A DNA stretch of 64,000 nt from NCBI GenBank assembly GCA_963169855.1, contig CAUJCN010000002.1:452885-516884 (forward strand), given 5' to 3'. Shown piece by piece: positions 39,652 to 48,618 of the stretch. This DNA comes from Patescibacteria group bacterium (GTDB lineage: Bacteria; Patescibacteriota; Dojkabacteria; J137). The notes under the pieces are model-generated. The model had not been told where the DNA came from. It ran no database searches and saw nothing but the letters and a program-made list of their open reading frames with translations. The translations under genes and the position numbers were made by a program. Numbering within the stretch: position 1 is the stretch's first letter; each line of letters opens with the position of its first letter.

Positions 39652-40826
39652 TTTTTACTATAAAATTCGATACACTCTCGAAGTGTTTCAGCGAATTTAA
39701 TAATATCTTCTCTAGAATTATAAACCCCTAAACTAACTCTTACCGTTGCTGGAACTTGTAAAACGTCTCGATGTAAAACTTGAGTACAGTGGTGACCAGC
39801 TCTAACGCAGACTCCGTTATCTCCTAAATACTGAGCAACATCGTGTGGATGAACTTTTTCGTGATAGAAACTTACAACTCCGACTCCATTGTTTGAGTGG
39901 AATATTCTTATATTTTCCAAACTTCTTAATTCCAACATTAAATCAAAAACTAGCTCATCTTCTATTTCCCGGATCATTTCGAATCCTATTTCTTCTACGA
40001 ATTTTATTGCTCTTGCAAGCCCAGAAGCTCCTTCTACATTTGGTGTCCCAGCTTCGAATTTCGATGGAATTTCGTCCCAAATTATTTCGTCTTTTCTGAC
40101 CTCACGAATCATTCCACCTCCAACTTTGAATGGTTCTAATTTTTCTAATAGTGGTTTTTTAACAAACAAAGCTCCAATTCCCATTGGTGAATAAATTTTG
40201 TGACCACTGAAAGCTGCGGCATCAACATCTAAATCTTTCAAATCAACTTTCATATGAGCAACAGATTGAGCAATATCTAAAACAATAATTGCATCTGGAC
40301 AAATCAGTCTTATTTTTTTAATTGGGTGAACAGCTCCCGTAACATTACTAGCGTGACTTAGAGCAATTAGTTTTGGGTTAAAAGCTTTAAGCTTTTCTTC
40401 CCATCCCTCTAAAAGATCACCATTTTCGTCTACTTCTAAATAGTTTACTTTTGAGAAAACTCTTCTCCAGGGAAGTAAATTTGAGTGGTGCTCTAATTCT
40501 GTAATTACACAAACATCTTCAGGGGAAATTACATTGGATCTTAATAATGATTCTGAAAGTAAATTTAATCCTTCAGTTGTTCCGGAAGTAAAAATGATTT
40601 CTTCTTTTTCAACATTAAGAAACCTTGCTACAACTTGCCTTGCACTTTCGTAAGTTTCTGTAGATTCTTCAGCAAGTGGGTAGAGGCCTCGATGCACATT
40701 TGAATTTCGATTTGTATAGTAATTTTGAATTTGATTTAAAACTACATCCGGTTTTTGAGTTGTAGAAGCACTGTCTAAGTAAGCCAAACCTGGCTTAGTC
40801 GCAAACATTGGAAATCGTTCTTTCAT
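39648..40826 (-). CDS. sufS: Cysteine desulfurase, SufS type
   Basis: YLDSASTTQKP, NVHRG, EHHSN..PW, SGHK, RAGHHC; ATG 40826 lies 6 nt after TATAAT. Confidence 0.94.
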   Translation of the reverse strand: MKERFPMFATKPGLAYLDSASTTQKPDVVLNQIQNYYTNRNSNVHRGLYPLAEESTETYESARQVVARFLNVEKEEIIFTSGTTEGLNLLSESLLRSNVISPEDVCVITELEHHSNLLPWRRVFSKVNYLEVDENGDLLEGWEEKLKAFNPKLIALSHASNVTGAVHPIKKIRLICPDAIIVLDIAQSVAHMKVDLKDLDVDAAAFSGHKIYSPMGIGALFVKKPLLEKLEPFKVGGGMIREVRKDEIIWDEIPSKFEAGTPNVEGASGLARAIKFVEEIGFEMIREIEDELVFDLMLELRSLENIRIFHSNNGVGVVSFYHEKVHPHDVAQYLGDNGVCVRAGHHCTQVLHRDVLQVPATVRVSLGVYNSREDIIKFAETLRECIEFYSKN

Positions 40827-40854
40827 ATTCACATTATAACGTAAATAAATTTAT

Positions 40855-41967
40855 TCATTTAACTTCTGTTACTGCGTTTACTTGTTTGGATTGTGGAGCA
40901 TTACTTTGAATTGCCTGTACAAACCTATTTTCATCTCTTTGTCCAATTAGTTTCACAATATTGTTCATCCCCATGAATTGTTGATAGAAACCCTGCAAAG
41001 TCTTAATCACTTTCAGTTCAGTTTCATTGTTAATAACTTTGCCAATTCCATAAATCTTTAGTTCGTCAGGTGTAATTGGATGTGAATGAGAGTGGTGTTT
41101 TGTTGTAAATTCTTCAACGGCAACGTTAATAAGTTGTTGATCTTTACCCTTCATAGAGAAGTTTTCTAAAGCGTGTTTAATTTGATCTTTAGAGTACCTT
41201 AGTGCCCCTACATAACTACCTAGTAGGTACGGGTCCAAGTTTTCCTCAAACTTCTTTTTTAGTGTTGTTAGCGCCAGTGTGTTAGCTGTAGTTGTCTCAT
41301 CTACTGTTCCGTATGATTGAATGAAGTCTTCAATTGAAGTAGCTGGGATTCTCAACCCTGGATTTGTAGGACTCTGTATAATAGGATCAACCGGTCCTAA
41401 TTCTGATAAACTTGTAAAGTAAATTTCATCTCCGTTTAGAGCTAGTAGCGTCGCAGCACTTTTCGCCATCATCGGTACAATTACTTCATACGTTTCAGCA
41501 TAATGACGAAGAATCGTAGAAAACTTTACTGAAGCCTCTAATATACCTCCTCCACTGTGTAAGAACAAGGTCAATTTTTTGAATTTTTTACCATTGTCCC
41601 CTTTATTAATAGGAATCAGTTTAAACAGCAAATCATCTAAAAAAATACAATCATTTTGATCCAACATGCTAAATGGAGAACCTGGAATAGAAATGTATGA
41701 TATTACATCCCCATAGTAATCTTCCAGTTGAACCACAGCTTCCCTATTACTTATTTCGAAACCTTTAGACAACAACTCAAGATCTTGCTGATAACTATCA
41801 TTTCCTCTATATTCTTCAAAACTTTTTGTCTCGATCTGGTATGTTGAATTACGAGGACTTTGTTCTGCAGATAGTTTACCTTCACGAATCAGTTTTCTAA
41901 TGAAGTGGGGCGTCACTTTAAGACGTTCTGCAGCTTGGGTAACGGAAATAAATTTAGTCTCTTTCAT
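40855..41967 (-). CDS. Excisionase-like (HTH_17) DNA-binding domain fused to SDH-family ClpP-class serine protease
   Basis: N-term ISVTQAAERLKVTPHFIRKLIREGKLSA; protease LHSGGG, VIVPMMAKSAATLLAL, SELGPVDP, HSHPI. Confidence 0.82.
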   Translation of the reverse strand: MKETKFISVTQAAERLKVTPHFIRKLIREGKLSAEQSPRNSTYQIETKSFEEYRGNDSYQQDLELLSKGFEISNREAVVQLEDYYGDVISYISIPGSPFSMLDQNDCIFLDDLLFKLIPINKGDNGKKFKKLTLFLHSGGGILEASVKFSTILRHYAETYEVIVPMMAKSAATLLALNGDEIYFTSLSELGPVDPIIQSPTNPGLRIPATSIEDFIQSYGTVDETTTANTLALTTLKKKFEENLDPYLLGSYVGALRYSKDQIKHALENFSMKGKDQQLINVAVEEFTTKHHSHSHPITPDELKIYGIGKVINNETELKVIKTLQGFYQQFMGMNNIVKLIGQRDENRFVQAIQSNAPQSKQVNAVTEVK

Positions 41968-42016
41968 GAGTTAATAATTAATAAATATTGTACGCTCAGT
42001 TACGAGCAGTTACCAT

Positions 42017-42045
42017 ATTCTATCAGAGGCAAAAATTTATGTCAA
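42017..42045 (-). promoter_or_regulatory. Near-consensus sigma70 promoter of the HTH-protease gene
   Basis: Minus strand TTGACA (42045-42040), 17 nt, TAGAAT (42022-42017) with TG extension. Confidence 0.8.
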
Positions 42046-42071
42046 ATTTTAACGTAACTACGCGTAACCAA

Positions 42072-43958
42072 CTACACTTCTTGAGGCCGGAGCTCCAGTT
42101 GGCTAAGAATACCATCGATGTATGATAGGCATTCATCTTTCTCTTCTATTGGACTTTTCTCGAAGAATGTCTTTAGTGCTTCCAGCTGAGTAATTAGTGA
42201 TTCGATTATAATATCTCTTTCTGCTGGGAATTGTTCAATTTCTAAATCGAATATTTCTACCCACATATCAATAAATGCTAAGTAGTGAGGTTTTTCAGAA
42301 TCCACCAAATTATACTTTTTTGCTGCATCATACATTGCGTCAATCATCCCGGGATAAAGAACCGTTGGCACAGCGTGTAGTTTTGATTGTTGTTTTCCAA
42401 AATCAGATCTTCCTACAATCCCGAAGTTATATCCTGCATCGATTTCACCTTCTTCTCCAGTTAATCTTGAATGTCCACCTCCATCTGGGCCTATTAATTC
42501 GTAGTTTGTGAACAAAGTCCACATTAATGCAAAAACTACATCAATCCCTTGTTCAGTTAGTCTTTTTATACTATCGAACGCTCCTTCTAAATATTTAACT
42601 TTGTCGTTTAACCTATGTGCTCCAATATCAGCTCCAAATTCTGTAAGTGCGAATGCGTTAATTTGAGGGAAACGTTTTTTTACACTCATTATCACATCAT
42701 AAATTCTCGATGAATTTAAAAGTTGACCGTGTGTTCCTTTCATTGGAGCAACAACTTTTGGATTTTTCTTTTTAGGAGAAGTGAAGGGGAGTTTTAAAAT
42801 CTTTTGAGCGAATTCTTCTATAAGTGTAACCTCATGAATCCAATAAGGTTGAACTCCCAGAACATCGAAGTACATAAGGTCTTCGTGTTGATACATTCGA
42901 ATCTGCATGGTTTTGTCGAAATATTCCGCGAACCATTTCAGAATCTGGTGACCTGAAATTGTCGCGTTCTGAGTATCAAAGTAAGCCATGTTGATTGCTG
43001 TCATGACTGTGACTTTCGTTTCGTTTTCATCCGCAATTAGCTTTGCTAACATGTAAGTATCCTTGGCTACTGACGACATATTTGATTGTCCTTCGAAAAA
43101 TCTAACTAGATTTTTATCATACGGTTGCCATCTTCTTCCTAAGTAACGTGAATCAAGTTCAACATTTGGTTCATTGATTACTATAAAGTTCTGAACACCT
43201 GCAGGAATCAATTCTTGTAAAACGATGTTTGCATATTTTAAAAACTTTGCTCGAATCGACCCAGTTGCCCATTCTGTTTGAGATCCTGTAACAATCTGTT
43301 GAATTGTTTTTACAAGTTTCCCAGGAGTTACGGTTTCGTCTACCCACTGGATACCTTCGGGTAAATCGAAATGATGAAGAACAACAACAGGTTCTAATCC
43401 GTAACGAAGACACATTTCCGCGTGACGTTTGTATCTTACTAATTCTTGCAAGTCCACACCCTCTGGTGTCATCACTTTTTCCCACACTATGCTGAATCTA
43501 AAAGCCTTCAATCCCATTTGCACAGCTACAATCAAATTTTTAGCGAACTCAAGATCTTCTTCCATCTTCATGGATTGGTCTAAGGAAAGCTCTGATTTTA
43601 ATTGTTCTATTTCTTGCTCGGAAAGATGTCTTCTTTCTGCAATTCCTTTAATAATTCTATCGAAATTTGATTCTTCATCTCCCACCTTAAATCCTCCTTG
43701 TGGATGTGTTCCCACATGAAGTTCTGCAATTCCAGCACCCAGAACAGTTGAGTCTGGAATGTATGAATTTAGAAAGTAGTCCTGAAATAATCTATCTGCT
43801 TCTCCTACAGATTGTGCTGACGAAGTATATCCAAGAAATTTATTCTGAAGTTTTGCAGCGAGTCGAGGATTGGCAATACGATTTCCGTATTTAAGATTAA
43901 AGTGAAGTTTAAGTTCACGTTCGGATAAATTGGTCGCAACTACTTCAGAATTATTCAT
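42072..43958 (-). CDS. Glycoside hydrolase family 1-like protein with N- and C-terminal extensions
   Basis: AFRFSIVWEKV, VVLHHFDLP, acid/base INEPN, nucleophile LTEFG, WTLFTNYE. Confidence 0.8.
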   Translation of the reverse strand: MNNSEVVATNLSERELKLHFNLKYGNRIANPRLAAKLQNKFLGYTSSAQSVGEADRLFQDYFLNSYIPDSTVLGAGIAELHVGTHPQGGFKVGDEESNFDRIIKGIAERRHLSEQEIEQLKSELSLDQSMKMEEDLEFAKNLIVAVQMGLKAFRFSIVWEKVMTPEGVDLQELVRYKRHAEMCLRYGLEPVVVLHHFDLPEGIQWVDETVTPGKLVKTIQQIVTGSQTEWATGSIRAKFLKYANIVLQELIPAGVQNFIVINEPNVELDSRYLGRRWQPYDKNLVRFFEGQSNMSSVAKDTYMLAKLIADENETKVTVMTAINMAYFDTQNATISGHQILKWFAEYFDKTMQIRMYQHEDLMYFDVLGVQPYWIHEVTLIEEFAQKILKLPFTSPKKKNPKVVAPMKGTHGQLLNSSRIYDVIMSVKKRFPQINAFALTEFGADIGAHRLNDKVKYLEGAFDSIKRLTEQGIDVVFALMWTLFTNYELIGPDGGGHSRLTGEEGEIDAGYNFGIVGRSDFGKQQSKLHAVPTVLYPGMIDAMYDAAKKYNLVDSEKPHYLAFIDMWVEIFDLEIEQFPAERDIIIESLITQLEALKTFFEKSPIEEKDECLSYIDGILSQLELRPQEV

Positions 43959-43960
43959 TA

Positions 43961-44395
43961 TTATTGTTCTACTTGAACTTGTGGAGTTTCTTTTCTTAGT
44001 AGTGGCTCAACTCCAATTACTCGACTTCTAACAGCTTTAACTAAAGCTCCTACAGACAGGAAGTTCTGTTGTTGAAATCTAATTCTGACTGAAGTGTCTG
44101 GATCTATGTTCTTCACTCTTTGTAGTACTTCTTCTGTAAGTTTTGCTAAATTTGAGAAATCACACCCTGCGAATAAACCTCTTAATTCTCTTCTTAATCC
44201 TGCTATATCATCAGAAGCTACGAATTTTGGATCTTCAATTAAATCATCGATTGATCTACCTAAATTATCAGATAAACTGTATTCTTCTTGTTTTGGTAGA
44301 CTATTTCTTCTTTGAGCTTCTTGATTAGCAGCTTCAGCAGCTCTGTGAGCATTTACAGCAGCTTGTGTTTCTGGAGAGGCAATATAAGGATACAT
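43961..44395 (-). CDS. Hypothetical protein
   Basis: 144-aa ORF ending 2 nt before the GH1 start. Confidence 0.6.
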   Translation of the reverse strand: MYPYIASPETQAAVNAHRAAEAANQEAQRRNSLPKQEEYSLSDNLGRSIDDLIEDPKFVASDDIAGLRRELRGLFAGCDFSNLAKLTEEVLQRVKNIDPDTSVRIRFQQQNFLSVGALVKAVRSRVIGVEPLLRKETPQVQVEQ

Positions 44396-44472
44396 GTTAT
44401 TAGTTAATCATTTATTACTGGCAACAAAAAATTGCTCTAAGTTATACCATTTTGAAAGAAAATTTGTAAACC

Positions 44473-45018
44473 TTATTTGAGTTTATTGTAGATTTCGAAG
44501 GATAGAGGAGGAACGTTCTCTGGTAGATTTTCCGAAGTGACTAATTCCCAAATCTGTTCACCATCTGAATCCTTCATATCTACAATGTCGAAACTTACAT
44601 CCCCTTCGAAATCTTGGTAAATTCTAGTAACGTAGAATTGATCAATCAAGTTATGCCTCAGTGCTAAATTGTAAATTTCTGCACCTCCTATAAACCATGA
44701 TTCTTCTCCCCATTTATGTTTCATTTCTTCTAAAAGGTGTTTAAGCTGATCTATAGATGAAACTACGAATGTGTTTCTAAAACCTTTCTCTTGAACATAA
44801 TTTTCTAACTTTTCGGGATTTCTTGTCATTACTATATTTGGTCTTCCCGGTAACTCTCTGCCCATTCCGAATAGAGTACTGCTTCCCATAATTACTGGAT
44901 GCCCCATTGTTAAATCCCTAAACTTCTTCATGTCTGCATCAATTCTTGGCCAAGGGAGCTTTCCTTGATTTCCAATTACACCGTTTTGGGCAACAGCCAT
45001 TATTGCATTGAACTTCAT
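44473..45018 (-). CDS. folA: Dihydrofolate reductase
   Basis: NGVIG..GKLPW, DMKKFR.LT, VIMG, LPGRPNIV, IGGAEIY, FEGD. Confidence 0.93.
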   Translation of the reverse strand: MKFNAIMAVAQNGVIGNQGKLPWPRIDADMKKFRDLTMGHPVIMGSSTLFGMGRELPGRPNIVMTRNPEKLENYVQEKGFRNTFVVSSIDQLKHLLEEMKHKWGEESWFIGGAEIYNLALRHNLIDQFYVTRIYQDFEGDVSFDIVDMKDSDGEQIWELVTSENLPENVPPLSFEIYNKLK

Positions 45019-46799
45019 ACCTGTGCGATTTGATAAATTTGATTTAGCTCGAATCCTCTTTTTGCATAGTATTCTCGAGTCCCGATACTAGAGATTACCG
45101 CAAGCTTTGAGAAACCTTTTTCTTTCGACATTTCTTTTGCTTTCTCAATCAACTTTGTTCCTAAGCCTAAGTGTTGAGCTTTACCTTCTGACTCTTTCCC
45201 AAGTTCGAGGCTTGGTCCATAAACATGGACTTCTCTGATAATTGCAGAGCCATTTAGTTCCTCTACAACTTCGTTTTGATGATTTTTTGGAATTGATAAT
45301 CTAAGGAATCCAGCGATTTCTTTTTTAAGAGTTACGTATTGAAGAAAGTACTCTGTAGCTACAGTTGTATCGTATTCAACAATATCTAGGCTTAAATCTT
45401 CCAAACCTACCTTTTTCCCTTTGATTTCTCTCGCTCGAATATTTTCGTTTTTTCTTCCTTCTTTTTTAAGTTTGAATTCTACAGCTTCTCTTAGATTTGT
45501 CGTCTTGTTTCCACCTTCAATTTCTGTAGATGGAATATCTCTAATAATTCTTGTAAGTCTACAATACTCAGGAGTGTACTCAATTAAGTTTGAAAGTAAG
45601 TCGATCAATTCTTCAGTCGTATAAGGAGTATAGAAGCCATCTAGAAAATGTTTATACAATTCAGTGTTCTTGATAACTGATGTTGGGTAAATTTTTAGTT
45701 CATCTGGTTTGAAGTCTGTAGAATCAAAAAGTTCTTTGTAAACTTCCAAATCAATTTCTGGAGTTGATTTGTATAAATTTGGCATCATATGACCGTGAAT
45801 TTTAAATCCAGCAGAGCGGAGTAACTTGAAAGCTTCGACTACATCGGACTTTAATTCACCTCTTTTGTTTGCAATGCTTACTTCATCATTTAAAGTTTGA
45901 ATTCCAATTTGAACTTTTGTTGCTCCAAGTTTTCGCATTCTTACCACCTCTTCTTTGTTGATGACTTCAGGACGAGTTTCCAAAACTAAACCTACGCATC
46001 TAGTTTTGCCTGCTGAGTTAATATCATGTTGCTGATATAAAGATTCCCAAGTAACATCTTCTTCTCTTACAATATTTTTCCCAAACAATTCTTTATATTC
46101 TGGAGTTACTATTAACTGGTTGTAAGGCAAATCTCCTTTGAGTGCACGAATCTGTGAATTAATATCTTTTTGAAGTTCAATTTTGATTGGATTATCGATT
46201 GGTTTATCATCTTCGTTTGGGGTGTAGTTGTTTATTCCAAAATCGTTCATGGCTCTGAAACATTCGTGGATGAACCATATTTTGTATTTTTCTGTGTAGA
46301 AAGACCAAGTTCCTCCTAAAATCAAAAGCTCAATTTTTTCTGTTGGGTGTCCTGTATTTCGATAAGCCATCAATCTGTTATAAACTTGCAGATATGGACT
46401 AAATCGGTTGTACATTGCTCTTTGTGCTCCTGGTTCCGAAGCAATGTAGCTTTTTGGCATAGTAACATCGTTTGGGCAGAAAATACATCTTCCTGGGCAA
46501 GCAAAAGGTTTGGTTAATACTGTAACTGTAGTTACGCCAGAAATAGTTCTGGTTGGCTTCATTCTAATCTGGTGAATGATTTCCGCTGCCGAATCTTTAT
46601 CGATTTCGTCGTTTAAAGCTAAGTATTCAAAACCTCTAACAACGTTGTCTTTACTAAAAACTCCTTTCCCATCGCGCGGGAATTTTCTTAAGATCTTTTC
46701 GAACTTTTCGTCATCGATATCTTCTGTTTGTAGAAGAGCGTTAAAAATATTCAAAAGCTCTGGCTTATAATTTTCAGGACTGAATTGGTACATCTGCAT
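45015..46799 (-). CDS. elp3: Elp3-family tRNA uridine(34) carboxymethyl synthase (radical SAM + KAT)
   Basis: KPTRTISGV, CPGRCIFCP, PKSY...EPG, GGTW, ETRP, LKIYPT, RIIRDIP, IRAREI, REVHVYG, QHLGLG..L, GTREYY. Confidence 0.93.
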   Translation of the reverse strand: MQMYQFSPENYKPELLNIFNALLQTEDIDDEKFEKILRKFPRDGKGVFSKDNVVRGFEYLALNDEIDKDSAAEIIHQIRMKPTRTISGVTTVTVLTKPFACPGRCIFCPNDVTMPKSYIASEPGAQRAMYNRFSPYLQVYNRLMAYRNTGHPTEKIELLILGGTWSFYTEKYKIWFIHECFRAMNDFGINNYTPNEDDKPIDNPIKIELQKDINSQIRALKGDLPYNQLIVTPEYKELFGKNIVREEDVTWESLYQQHDINSAGKTRCVGLVLETRPEVINKEEVVRMRKLGATKVQIGIQTLNDEVSIANKRGELKSDVVEAFKLLRSAGFKIHGHMMPNLYKSTPEIDLEVYKELFDSTDFKPDELKIYPTSVIKNTELYKHFLDGFYTPYTTEELIDLLSNLIEYTPEYCRLTRIIRDIPSTEIEGGNKTTNLREAVEFKLKKEGRKNENIRAREIKGKKVGLEDLSLDIVEYDTTVATEYFLQYVTLKKEIAGFLRLSIPKNHQNEVVEELNGSAIIREVHVYGPSLELGKESEGKAQHLGLGTKLIEKAKEMSKEKGFSKLAVISSIGTREYYAKRGFELNQIYQIAQV

Positions 46800-46826
46800 G
46801 GGGGTAATTATATAGCAGGAAGGACA

Positions 46827-46867
46827 AATATTGAATTGTAAAATCAAATTTCCAATCTCAAATATCT
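46827..46867. repeat. Degenerate AATnnnn heptamer array, left flank of four-helix-bundle gene
   Basis: aatattg aattgta aaatca aatttcc aatctca aatatct. Confidence 0.6.
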
Positions 46868-47225
46868 AAAGATGCTTCCATGTAGTTAGGTTGTACTTCT
46901 TCAACATGGCTCCGAATATCCTTGTTAGCTGTTTAGACTCATCCAATAGTTGGTCAATAATCTCTGATTCTTCCGCGGAGTTTTTAATAATAGTTAACCA
47001 CAAAGTGGATTCTTTGGACTCCTTCCTACAAATTTGAATCCTATATACAAAATCATTTTTACTTATACTTTCGTTTGCTTCGATGAAGTTAGCAGCTACT
47101 GAACCCGAACTTCTAATTAGTTGTTTAATATCATCGGCATTTGAAATATAGATTTTTAGAGATTTAATAAAAATTCTTATATTTATTGCAAAGGTTGTAG
47201 TTCTTTCTATGAGATCATAGTTCAT
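46866..47225 (-). CDS. Four helix bundle protein (23S rRNA IVP / TIGR02436-like)
   Basis: DLIERT..FA, QLIRSSGSVAANFIEA, SKNDF..RIQICRKESKES.LWL; start taken at ATG 47225. Confidence 0.92.
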   Translation of the reverse strand: MNYDLIERTTTFAINIRIFIKSLKIYISNADDIKQLIRSSGSVAANFIEANESISKNDFVYRIQICRKESKESTLWLTIIKNSAEESEIIDQLLDESKQLTRIFGAMLKKYNLTTWKHL

Positions 47226-47278
47226 TCCAGTATAATAACCTCTAGTAGAACACTGCGCTTTGTAATACAGCACAAGAG

Positions 47279-47320
47279 TTGGAAATTATTTTTGATATTG
47301 GACATTCGATATTTGATATT
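47279..47320. repeat. Degenerate nnnnATT heptamer array, right flank of four-helix-bundle gene, inverted relative to left array
   Basis: ttggaaatt, then tgatatt ggacatt cgatatt tgatatt (47293-47320). Confidence 0.7.
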
Positions 47321-47328
47321 ATCTTTAT

Positions 47329-47994
47329 ATGAAACTTTACGATGAACTAGCAACCGACTTCTCAAATTCTAGAGCTTACCCATGGAAAGGTTGGGGAAAA
47401 GTAAAAGAATATGTAGAGTCAAACTTTACAGAATCTGTGTCCGTTTTGGATTTGGGTTGTGGTAATGGCAGATTTCTTCAGTTTTTAATCGATCAGAAAA
47501 TCAATTTCGCTGATTTTGTTGGCATAGATAGTTCAGACGAATTATTAAAAATTGCAAAAGAAAGATATTCAGACAATGCCGAATTCATTTTCGCGGATTT
47601 AGAAACTGACTGGGAAACAAAGATAATAGAAGAGATACAGGATCCAGTCCGATATGATGTGATAGTTCTTTTTGGAGTAATGCATCACATATCTTCTTTC
47701 GAAAAGAGAGTAGAGATTTTAAGAAAAGCTAGGTCGAAATTAAAGGAAAACGGGGTGATAATGGTAACTTACTGGCAATTTGGAAGTTATCCAAGATTTA
47801 CAGATAAAGCAGAAAATCTTGGCAATAACGACTACATGCTTTCATTTAATGGGGAGAGTGGAGCAAGATTTTGTCATTTTACAGATGAACGCGAGGCAGA
47901 AAAGATTGAAGAGGATTCTAACTGTGAATTAATTTCTTCGTACTATTCTGATGGAGGAGATGAGAAATTGAACTTATACAGATTCTACAAATGA
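47329..47994 (+). CDS. Class I SAM methyltransferase, Trm9/ALKBH8-like
   Basis: YDELATDFSNSRAYPW N-terminus, VLDLGCGNGR, VMHHI...RV, VTYW, RFCHF resemble Trm9-family signatures. Confidence 0.75.
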   Translation: MKLYDELATDFSNSRAYPWKGWGKVKEYVESNFTESVSVLDLGCGNGRFLQFLIDQKINFADFVGIDSSDELLKIAKERYSDNAEFIFADLETDWETKIIEEIQDPVRYDVIVLFGVMHHISSFEKRVEILRKARSKLKENGVIMVTYWQFGSYPRFTDKAENLGNNDYMLSFNGESGARFCHFTDEREAEKIEEDSNCELISSYYSDGGDEKLNLYRFYK

Positions 47995-48581
47995 ACCGAC
48001 AACCGATTTTCATAAAAAGAAAAATCAATGTAATTCGCTGGGACGAATTGTTATTCTCATTGTTTATTAACGTACTTATTTCGCTAGTGATTTTGGTTGG
48101 GTTAGCAGTGTACTCAGTATTCACAGGCAGAACAAACAAAGAGTTCACTCAAGTTCCAGGAGAAATTGATACTGCATTATTAATTTTTAAAACTTCTGAT
48201 TTACAGAATAGCCAAGGTGGTTGGAGGGAGATTGTAAACACTTTTACCGATCTTTATGCAGCAAGCAGCTTAACCAAAGCCAACACTATAATTATCCAAG
48301 ACAATAGTTTTCTAACTGTAGGGGACGAATTTAAACCTTTACTGAAGGACTATACTACAGAAGATTTTGGAGTAGTAGATTCGGTGGAAGAAGTTTGCGA
48401 AAGAACAATCGAAATTAGAAAAACAATTCTTATCAGTTCTAATGATATTGGACCTCGAGTAGCTTTTATGTGTAACTCTGAATCTAATTATTTTGCAGTT
48501 TTAAAATCGAACATCGATATTAGACCAAGAATCGTAAATGTAATCACAGACATTTTTAAAAAGATTTTCAAATTGAATTAA
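47991..48581 (+). CDS. Hypothetical membrane-anchored protein
   Basis: One TM helix; ATGA overlap with upstream gene. Confidence 0.6.
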   Translation: MNRQPIFIKRKINVIRWDELLFSLFINVLISLVILVGLAVYSVFTGRTNKEFTQVPGEIDTALLIFKTSDLQNSQGGWREIVNTFTDLYAASSLTKANTIIIQDNSFLTVGDEFKPLLKDYTTEDFGVVDSVEEVCERTIEIRKTILISSNDIGPRVAFMCNSESNYFAVLKSNIDIRPRIVNVITDIFKKIFKLN

Positions 48582-48618
48582 CGAATTCTGATAGAATCTA
48601 CTTAGATTAAGTTTAATC

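Noticed and set aside
46866-47225. Diversity-generating retroelement (Avd-like gene)
   Set aside because: No reverse transcriptase and no TR/VR pair seen; motifs fit the generic four-helix-bundle family
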